Shown here in pieces: positions 9,331 to 15,346 of a stretch of 32,000 bases of DNA. A model generated the notes under the pieces. It saw only the letters and a program-made list of their open reading frames with translations, was not told where the DNA came from and did not search any database. Made by a program: the position numbers and the translations under genes. Each line of letters begins with the position of its first letter. Within the stretch, counting starts at the first letter, position 1. Where the stretch lies: positions 120,001 to 152,000 of the forward strand of contig NC_007181.1 in assembly GCF_000012285.1 (NCBI RefSeq), read 5' to 3'. This DNA comes from Sulfolobus acidocaldarius DSM 639. GTDB taxonomy: Archaea > Thermoproteota > Thermoprotei_A > Sulfolobales > Sulfolobaceae.

Positions 9331-9940
9331 CTAAGAAGAATTCAATCGTATATCTTTTTGAATCTTTCGAAACGTTTATAAGTTTCCTTATCATCTTAAA
9401 GTCCTCCTCAAGTACGCTCCTTAGATTTGGGTTATATAATGCAGCAGCAGGATGATAAGTTGGAAATATATTTATTACGTGATCATCAATTTTCCATTCA
9501 TATACTTTCCCCCTACTTTTAGTTATGGAATGGAATTCAATATTAGCCTTTGAGAGAATATAAGAAGTTGAATGTCTACCTAGTGTGACAATTACTTGGG
9601 GTTTTATTAATCTAATTTGGAGATCAAGGTATGATGAACAAGCGGTGATCTCGTCTTCTTCAGGATCCCTATTATTTGGTGGTCTGCATTTGACAACGTT
9701 TGTTATGAAAACTTCATCTCTTTTGATACCCAACGTGTCTTCTATCAATTTAGTGAGTAGTTTTCCAGCTGAACCGACAAAAGGTCTTCCCTCTTCATCT
9801 TCTGTTTCCCCTGGAGCTTCTCCAATGAACATAACTTTAGCCTTAGGATTCCCTTCACCAGGAACAGCGTTCCTTCTGTCCATCCAGAGTTTACACTTTC
9901 TACAAACTTTGATTTCGTTAGCTATCTCGTCTAACTCCAT
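9299..9940 (-). CDS. udg: Uracil-DNA glycosylase, family 4 (thermostable, Fe-S type)
   Basis: Motifs present: CRKCKLW...R...[19 protein letters not shown] (family-4 motif A, GEAPG), further Cys residues for the 4Fe-4S cluster, and HPAAALY (motif B). Confidence 0.9.
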   Translation of the reverse strand: MELDEIANEIKVCRKCKLWMDRRNAVPGEGNPKAKVMFIGEAPGETEDEEGRPFVGSAGKLLTKLIEDTLGIKRDEVFITNVVKCRPPNNRDPEEDEITACSSYLDLQIRLIKPQVIVTLGRHSTSYILSKANIEFHSITKSRGKVYEWKIDDHVINIFPTYHPAAALYNPNLRSVLEEDFKMIRKLINVSKDSKRYTIEFFLGGEDRSRNKR

Positions 9941-9965
9941 ATATACATATTTTTACAAAAAGATC

Positions 9966-10019
9966 ATATATCAGGTTATCGACCCTTCTTCATTGCTCAG
10001 CCTATGTCGACGTCATCAT
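9966..10019 (-). ncRNA. C/D-box guide sRNA (2'-O-methylation guide), canonical dual-guide architecture
   Basis: The minus strand reads AUGAUGA (C, 10019-10013), 12 nt cgucgacauagg, CUGA (D', 10000-9997), gca, AUGAAGA (C', 9993-9987), 12 nt agggucgauaac, CUGA (D, 9974-9971). The box order and 12-nt spacers match the archaeal consensus exactly. Ends are approximate. Confidence 0.8.
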
Positions 10020-10091
10020 AACTGTACCCCACCCGGCTGAGAATCCTCATTGACATAAGTTAATATACTCAGATTCCGGAGGAGGGTGGGG
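10020..10091 (-). ncRNA. Candidate H/ACA-box pseudouridylation guide sRNA (single hairpin with K-loop and ACA)
   Basis: The minus strand has an 8-bp lower stem (CCCCACCC/GGGUGGGG), a 7+6 nt internal loop (UCCUCCG / UCAGCC), and a 5-bp upper stem (GAAUC/GAUUC) plus a U.G pair. Tandem G.A/A.G pairs close a 20-nt apical loop. ACA (10025-10023) lies 1 nt after the stem and 15 nt from the upper-stem base, followed by a 3-nt tail. No ORF is present. Confidence 0.5.
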
Positions 10092-10109
10092 AATTGCTGT
10101 TCTAGGTAG

Positions 10110-10121
10110 ATATTTATATTT
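10110..10121 (+). promoter_or_regulatory. TATA-box-like element (atatttatattt) about 27 nt upstream of the GTG at 10142
   Basis: The position and composition fit a Sulfolobales leaderless promoter. Confidence 0.45.
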
Positions 10122-10141
10122 AGCTTGAATATATCATTTTT

Positions 10142-10450
10142 GTGTCAATAGACAAAGATTTTCTTTTAATTCAGGATATGATTTTGGCTAAAACCTCAAT
10201 AGAAAAGGCATTACTTCATGTAAACTCTAGAAATGAAAAAACAGTCTACTCATGGGTTCAGAGGGAATTGAGCGGTTTCTTTAGGAAATACTCCAAGAAT
10301 AAGGACTTAGCTAACGACATCATTAAAATACAAGAGTGTATAAGTAAAGAGGATTATATTTGCTTAAAACAACAATTACTCTCAACAAAGAAAAAAATAG
10401 AGGATCAGATTGATTTACTCTATAAGAGTATGTACAGAAGGGCATCTTAA
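10142..10450 (+). CDS. Hypothetical helical protein (102 aa)
   Basis: The ORF has a correctly placed TATA box and a Lys/Glu/Ile-rich composition typical of real Sulfolobales proteins. No recognisable motif. GTG start; an in-frame ATG lies 12 codons downstream. Confidence 0.5.
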   Translation: MSIDKDFLLIQDMILAKTSIEKALLHVNSRNEKTVYSWVQRELSGFFRKYSKNKDLANDIIKIQECISKEDYICLKQQLLSTKKKIEDQIDLLYKSMYRRAS

Positions 10451-10495
10451 TAATTCTCATTTCTATACTTATTGTGATAAATAAGACTTAGCTGG

Positions 10496-10894
10496 TTAAT
10501 ATGAAGGTATTGTCTCACCGTGTGGGCACTTGCCCGGTTTTCCTAAATACTCATAAAGTTTATCAATAATTTCCTTTGGAACAGCGAAGTCAAACTCCCT
10601 GGTAAACTGGCACGCCTCATCTTTGGAAAAACCCATTTCTACCAATAAATACTCTAATATCCTGTGAGCCCTAACTAGTTCCTCAATAGCTTTAATCCCT
10701 GTCTCTGTAATAGAGATTCCCTCCTTTTTCTTCTCTATGAACCCCTTCTTTTCAAGGTGCTGAAGCTCTTCAAAGGCGCTTGCAGGAGAGATTTTTAAAT
10801 CTCTAGCTATCCAGCTTAATTTGGCTTGTTTACCCTGATCGTTATATTTCCTGACAGCTACTAGATATATTAATTCACGCCTAGAAAGCTTCAC
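10496..10894 (-). CDS. Metal-dependent transcriptional repressor, DtxR/MntR/IdeR family (short form without the SH3-like domain)
   Basis: It has an N-terminal winged HTH (AKLSWIARDLKISPASAFEELQHLEKKGFI), the DtxR dimerisation/metal-site region (HRILEYLL...) and a C-terminal CPHG motif. Confidence 0.85.
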   Translation of the reverse strand: MKLSRRELIYLVAVRKYNDQGKQAKLSWIARDLKISPASAFEELQHLEKKGFIEKKKEGISITETGIKAIEELVRAHRILEYLLVEMGFSKDEACQFTREFDFAVPKEIIDKLYEYLGKPGKCPHGETIPSY

Positions 10895-10935
10895 AAATCT
10901 TAATATATAATCGAACTATTTAAGTATGTGTAAAT

Positions 10936-11793
10936 ATGGAAGGAGTAGTACCCGCAATAGTCACCCCCTTTAAGGAAAATGAAGATATTGATTTCGAATC
11001 TCTAAATTTATTTTTAAATTTTCTTGAGAGAAATGGAGTTAAATGGATATTTGCTTTAGGTAGTACTGGAGAATTTAATATGCTGAGCTTGAGTGAGAAG
11101 CAAGAGTTTATAAGAAAACTGAGAGAGATAACAAAACTCAAAATAGTAATCAATGTCTCTGAAAATTCTCTTAAGAACACACTCTCATTAGGTAAGCTAG
11201 CTTTTGATGTGGGCATGGAAGGAATTGCACTTATTCCTCCAATATATCATAAGCCTTCAGAAAGTGGGCTAATTAGCTATTTTGAGGAGATGTCGAAATT
11301 AGATCTTCCATTATATGTTTACGCATATCCTGACAAGGTTCCCATAACATATGAGACAATAAGTAAGTTGGTAAAACAAGATATTATAGATGGAATTAAG
11401 TTGACCACTGATAACTTACCTTTATTCAAGAAGTATTTGGGTCTAAAGGAAATTAAGAATGACCTGAAAATCCTGATAGGGAGCGATACTTTATTTGTAT
11501 ACTCACTAATTGAGGGTGGTAATGGATGCATATCGGCAGTAGCTAACGTTGCCCCAGAGTTAATGATGAGGGCATATCAGGGAGTAAGGGAAGGCAAGTT
11601 AAATGAGAGTTTAGAGATTCAAGGGATGATATCAAAGATAAGCGACGCAATAATGAGCGGAGATTTTCCCTCAGGTGTTAAAGTAGCCCTGAGGTATAGA
11701 GGGGTAAGTGTAGGAAGTGTAAGGAGACCCTTAAAGGAGAGTATTGAGGTGAATGCTCGTATATATTCAGTTCTGAAAGAGCTCGGAATGTGA
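10936..11793 (+). CDS. DHDPS/N-acetylneuraminate-lyase superfamily class I aldolase (DapA- or KDG-aldolase-like)
   Basis: It has the family N-terminus (PAIVTPFKENEDIDFESL), a GSTGE motif, and a Schiff-base Lys context (IDGIKLTT) at the expected position. 285 aa. Confidence 0.8.
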   Translation: MEGVVPAIVTPFKENEDIDFESLNLFLNFLERNGVKWIFALGSTGEFNMLSLSEKQEFIRKLREITKLKIVINVSENSLKNTLSLGKLAFDVGMEGIALIPPIYHKPSESGLISYFEEMSKLDLPLYVYAYPDKVPITYETISKLVKQDIIDGIKLTTDNLPLFKKYLGLKEIKNDLKILIGSDTLFVYSLIEGGNGCISAVANVAPELMMRAYQGVREGKLNESLEIQGMISKISDAIMSGDFPSGVKVALRYRGVSVGSVRRPLKESIEVNARIYSVLKELGM

Positions 11794-11845
11794 TGATGGG
11801 TCGATGTTACTGATTAGTTGATGAGATTATCTCCGGCTGAGAATC
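11786..11845 (+). ncRNA. C/D-box guide sRNA, canonical dual-guide architecture, overlapping the stop codon of the upstream aldolase gene
   Basis: The plus strand reads GUGAUGA (C, 11790-11796), 13 nt ugggucgauguua, CUGA (D', 11810-11813), uuag, UUGAUGA (C', 11818-11824), 12 nt gauuaucuccgg, CUGA (D, 11837-11840). It fills the 52-nt gap between convergent genes. Ends are approximate. Confidence 0.8.
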
Positions 11846-12274
11846 TTACTCCTCATCTAACTGTATTCTTGTAAATCTCATGTGTCTTTTAATTGCATCT
11901 ACAACGAAAACTATTCCGCCAATAAGCACTACTATGGCTGAAAATACTTCTAATGCAAGCTCATGTGAGGAAATGAGAAATATTATGATGAAAAATGAGG
12001 TAAGGAAGAAAGAGGCAAAGAATACACTTTTAGGTAAGATATTGTTAAAAAGCAACATATAATCGTCATCAAGAATTACTTTTCTAGGCACTATCTTTCC
12101 TTCCAATGTTTCCTCGACTAAACCAGCAGCAACGAGTTTTTTCACATGATATCTTACAGCACTTGTTGAGGAGAAACCTAGATCCTCTTGTATTTGCCGT
12201 ATTGTAACACCGTTCTTACTCTTCAGCACATAATAGTAGACTCTCTTTGTAGGTAATGATAATGAAAGCTCCAT
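11846..12274 (-). CDS. Membrane-tethered winged-helix (ArsR/MarR-like) DNA-binding protein with two C-terminal TM helices
   Basis: The N-terminal wHTH reads VTIRQIQEDLGFSSTSAVRYHVKKLVAAGLVE. It is followed by two hydrophobic helices (VFFASFFLTSFFIIIFLI and FSAIVVLIGGIVFVV). 142 aa. Confidence 0.7.
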   Translation of the reverse strand: MELSLSLPTKRVYYYVLKSKNGVTIRQIQEDLGFSSTSAVRYHVKKLVAAGLVEETLEGKIVPRKVILDDDYMLLFNNILPKSVFFASFFLTSFFIIIFLISSHELALEVFSAIVVLIGGIVFVVDAIKRHMRFTRIQLDEE

Positions 12275-12332
12275 GCTGACTCATTATCTATTTTTTGTCA
12301 AATAAATCTTTCTGAGAAAATTTTCATGGTAG

Positions 12333-15161
12333 TTAGTAACCTCTATAACCTAACACATGCCACATACCTATTAATGTCACTAATAAAACTAGAACTTTAT
12401 TCGTATTATTTATATATTTAGAGATGAGAGTTAGCATAACTGAATTGTAGTAATTTCTATCTATTTCTTCTCCTTTGAGGAGACTATATAAATCAGTAAA
12501 GAGATTATATTGTATAAGGTCATTTTTATCTATTTGATAAACTAAAAGTTCTATTAAAGGTAGAGCATTTTTGTTACCCATTAGAAAGAGAGTAGAGTAA
12601 AATACTAATAGGTCGGAAATAGTCTCTACTTTCGTAAGTATCTTCACTTTATTGTCTATTATCATTTTTGATAAAGTAATTGCAGTGGCAATACTACTTT
12701 TAGCTTTATCATCTCTTATTTTGTGAACAATTGAGGATAATTCAGTTATTCCCTGTAAGGCAAGCCTAGCTTCATATTTTTCATTATTGGCTAGGCTTTT
12801 AAGTATCTGGAGTTGATACAATTTTAATAGATCCATATAGTCTTCATCTGTGGCAGTAGAACTCTTTATTCTCTTGAGTATTATTTCCCCCCAAGGTAGA
12901 ATTAGTTTCTCAGCCAACTCAATTGTTCCCTTAACCGACTCGTCATTGGGATGGGTTAACAACAATGTATATCCAATTATGGCGTCAGCTCTCCTTTTTA
13001 AGTAATCCATAAAATCCTCGATTTTATCAAATTGATAATGTGAAAAAAGGTATGAGACGACTTCCTTAAACTCCTTTAGGTCTAGTTGTGTATTCTTTGG
13101 TTTTGTGTAATTTTTTCTAAACTTATCATAGAGCGTTACGACCTTATTAAGCTCCTTATTTCTTACGTTATAGTCAATTAATAGAGAGTAAATCAGAGTT
13201 GAAAGTAAAGGGTCCTTCACATCGATCTTATCTATCATATCTGTTTTGTAGTAAAGTAATGATAATGGTATTTGAGAGAAGGGGGTGACAGCTAGTAAAT
13301 CCTCCAATATTTTTTCTATACTAGTTGGTGTAAATTCTTTAAGAAGATTGTAAATTATTATCGAAAGCAGATTTGCTAATCTCTTGTCTCTTCCTACTCT
13401 GTTGAAGCTAGAAATAACATCGCTTAATAAATCGCTAATCACTGTTCTATCTTTCAATTTAAGTATTTCTTCATATGCCCATGAAATACACTCTCTGTTT
13501 TCACTCTTCCTTAGTAAAACCAGAATACTAATGATATTTTCTATTGGATCTACATCTCTCTTTAGTTCCATACAGTCGATATTTCTTGTTGAAGATACTA
13601 CGTCGACTAACTCATTGAATATTTTTCTTATTGCTAATTTTGATGGCTTATACAATTTTCCGGCTGACAAAAGTAGTTTATTTAATTCACTATTTACTAG
13701 TACATGATTTTCGTTCACTTCTGTAAAATATAGTCTAAGTAAGTCTATTGCAGTTTCAGAGTCTTCTTTTACTTTAGTTAATAGATAGGAAGATAATCCA
13801 TCAATAATTTTGTCTAAATCTACCTTATGCTGGCTTTCCTTTACGTAATCATCGTCAAAATACGTCTTTATATCTTCATTTACATTAGAAAACCACTCGA
13901 CTATTATGTCTTTATCTTCTTCACCTACTCTTCTTCCGTTTTTAGTAAGTGTGAATAAACCAAGTTTATATGGTATAGGAGTCCCATATTCCTCTGCAAG
14001 CTTAACTAACGGAATATACCATATGGCTTTATTTGGATCTGCATCAAGAATCACGTTGTAAAAGTAGTTGAATATATTTCTTTCATAATCTTTCAATAAA
14101 TCATTATAATTTGGTGAAGAGAGGAAATGGTCTAATATTTCTATTACTTGTCCCCTAGGTTTTAAGGTATAGTAAATGTCCTTAGTTAGAACTATTATCT
14201 TTCTAAAATTTGATCCGTCATTAATATCATCTTGAATTTTCTTAATAAAAGCGAAATTTCCTTCTAAGTCATGATAATCTATTAACTTGACATCACCAAA
14301 TCCTATCTCCTTAAGCCTCTTCATTATCAAAGTGCTTAAGGTGCTCTTTCCACTTCTTACGGGTCCTAATATTATTAAGTCCTTGCCTTGAGTTACTGTC
14401 CTAACCCCATAATTAGTTAAATCAACGAATTCAGGAAAAGTTAGAGGAGATATTATTTGATCGTTATCAATTTCCTCTCCTGCTACATTATCTATTTCCC
14501 CTAGCTCGTATTTGGAAGAACCTGGTAAAAGTCCTAAACTGGAGTCTAACAAGTAAAATATTATTTTTTTATAAGATTCTGGTAGAAGTTCCCAGTCTCT
14601 CTTTAAATTATTTCCTTTATAATGTTTTTTTAATACCTCTAAGGGTTTTCCTGATTCTCTGCCCACATACATGATTCGTTTAAAACGATTTGTTAGCCTT
14701 ATGGACTCATCTAACTTTCCCTCTGTGTATAATTTTAAACCTTCCCTTACTAAAAGGGGAATATAGGAAAAGTAATTGTCCAACACGAAACATGAATAAT
14801 CGAGTATTTTAGCCATTTCATTTCCATTAACTCCTTTTGACTTCAGATAGGCTATTGCCTTGTAATAGGGATAAGTTAGTGCATATCCTCTCACGACAAG
14901 AGAACTTTCACCCAACTTGATATTCCCTTTCACTAGATCAACAACATAAAAATTTCCTATCACGTGAACCTTTGCTTCATTTTCTTTTTTTGCCTTCTTT
15001 AAAGTTTCCCTAAGGGCAAGAAACTCTTTCAAGTCATTAAATTCATCAGGTAATTCGATCAAGTTAAACTTTCTCGCTATATTGGATTTGTTGAAGAGTG
15101 GAGGGACTCGAATATAGATTGGTCTCTTCTTAATTCCTGTGAGTGACGTAATAATCTTCAT
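12333..15161 (-). CDS. Large P-loop NTPase of unknown function (unassigned N-domain + NTPase + long alpha-helical repeat-like region + hydrophobic C-terminal tail)
   Basis: Walker A is LGPVRSGKSTL and the candidate Walker B is NVILDAD. The C-terminal ~550 aa are Leu/Ile/Lys/Glu-rich and helical. The last ~20 aa (VLVLLVTLIGMWHVLGY) are hydrophobic. The track start at 15206 is a TTG lying upstream of a TATA box; the ATG at 15159-15161 (MKIITSL...) is the likely start. Confidence 0.75.
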   Translation of the reverse strand: MKIITSLTGIKKRPIYIRVPPLFNKSNIARKFNLIELPDEFNDLKEFLALRETLKKAKKENEAKVHVIGNFYVVDLVKGNIKLGESSLVVRGYALTYPYYKAIAYLKSKGVNGNEMAKILDYSCFVLDNYFSYIPLLVREGLKLYTEGKLDESIRLTNRFKRIMYVGRESGKPLEVLKKHYKGNNLKRDWELLPESYKKIIFYLLDSSLGLLPGSSKYELGEIDNVAGEEIDNDQIISPLTFPEFVDLTNYGVRTVTQGKDLIILGPVRSGKSTLSTLIMKRLKEIGFGDVKLIDYHDLEGNFAFIKKIQDDINDGSNFRKIIVLTKDIYYTLKPRGQVIEILDHFLSSPNYNDLLKDYERNIFNYFYNVILDADPNKAIWYIPLVKLAEEYGTPIPYKLGLFTLTKNGRRVGEEDKDIIVEWFSNVNEDIKTYFDDDYVKESQHKVDLDKIIDGLSSYLLTKVKEDSETAIDLLRLYFTEVNENHVLVNSELNKLLLSAGKLYKPSKLAIRKIFNELVDVVSSTRNIDCMELKRDVDPIENIISILVLLRKSENRECISWAYEEILKLKDRTVISDLLSDVISSFNRVGRDKRLANLLSIIIYNLLKEFTPTSIEKILEDLLAVTPFSQIPLSLLYYKTDMIDKIDVKDPLLSTLIYSLLIDYNVRNKELNKVVTLYDKFRKNYTKPKNTQLDLKEFKEVVSYLFSHYQFDKIEDFMDYLKRRADAIIGYTLLLTHPNDESVKGTIELAEKLILPWGEIILKRIKSSTATDEDYMDLLKLYQLQILKSLANNEKYEARLALQGITELSSIVHKIRDDKAKSSIATAITLSKMIIDNKVKILTKVETISDLLVFYSTLFLMGNKNALPLIELLVYQIDKNDLIQYNLFTDLYSLLKGEEIDRNYYNSVMLTLISKYINNTNKVLVLLVTLIGMWHVLGYRGY

Positions 15162-15179
15162 TATACTGACATACTTTGA

Positions 15180-15195
15180 TAAAAATAGTATATAA
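15180..15195 (-). promoter_or_regulatory. TATA box (ttatatactattttta on the minus strand) centred about 27 nt upstream of the ATG at 15161
   Basis: This is a strong A/T box at the canonical distance. It lies inside the 15-codon N-terminal extension proposed by the ORF track. Confidence 0.55.
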
Positions 15196-15312
15196 CGATT
15201 AGCCAAAAATCTTGTGTTATCAATGCTAGTACTTTACCAGGATAGTTCAATATAAGCGTGAATTCTAATTTTGTCTTTTTTATTACTATATCTTTAAAGA
15301 ACTATATCCGCT

Positions 15313-15326
15313 AAAATATAAATATA
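15313..15326 (+). promoter_or_regulatory. TATA box (aaaatataaatata) centred about 27 nt upstream of the ATG at 15347
   Basis: The distance and composition are canonical. It is a divergent partner of the promoter at 15180-15195. Confidence 0.55.
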
Positions 15327-15346
15327 GACCGTCATATATATTAATC

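Noticed and set aside
10022-10034. Similarity of ctgtaccccaccc to the 3' flank of the tRNA-Arg gene (gctgtacccacca, 18701-18713, opposite strand), considered as a possible att-site remnant of an integrated element
   Set aside because: Only about 11 matching nt in inverted orientation, and the match does not include tRNA-internal sequence. No integrase or other mobile-element genes lie between the two sites. The 10022-10034 sequence is better explained as the H/ACA lower stem plus ACA box.
9585-10040. A 151-aa plus-strand ORF covering the udg gene and reaching into the sRNA locus
   Set aside because: It is antisense to a motif-rich family-4 UDG gene. Its translation is Ser/Leu/Pro-rich low-complexity sequence, and its 3' end is better explained by the C/D and H/ACA-like RNA elements.
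10920-11216. A 98-aa minus-strand ORF overlapping the start of the aldolase gene
   Set aside because: It is antisense to the conserved N-terminus of the DHDPS-family protein, with Ser/Leu/Phe-rich junk composition.
13384-13707. A 107-aa plus-strand ORF inside the large NTPase gene. The same applies to 3530-3721, 8897-9091, 11319-11531, 11880-12062, 15409-15591, 16060-16257, 16345-16566, 19222-19419, 20280-20546, 21351-21567, 22753-22992, 23676-23897, 26079-26279, 28272-28454, 29162-29365 and 29632-29820.
   Set aside because: All are embedded antisense to, or out of frame with, longer ORFs that carry clear family motifs. Their translations are Ser/Leu/Phe-rich, as expected for shadow frames of AT-rich, purine-skewed genes.
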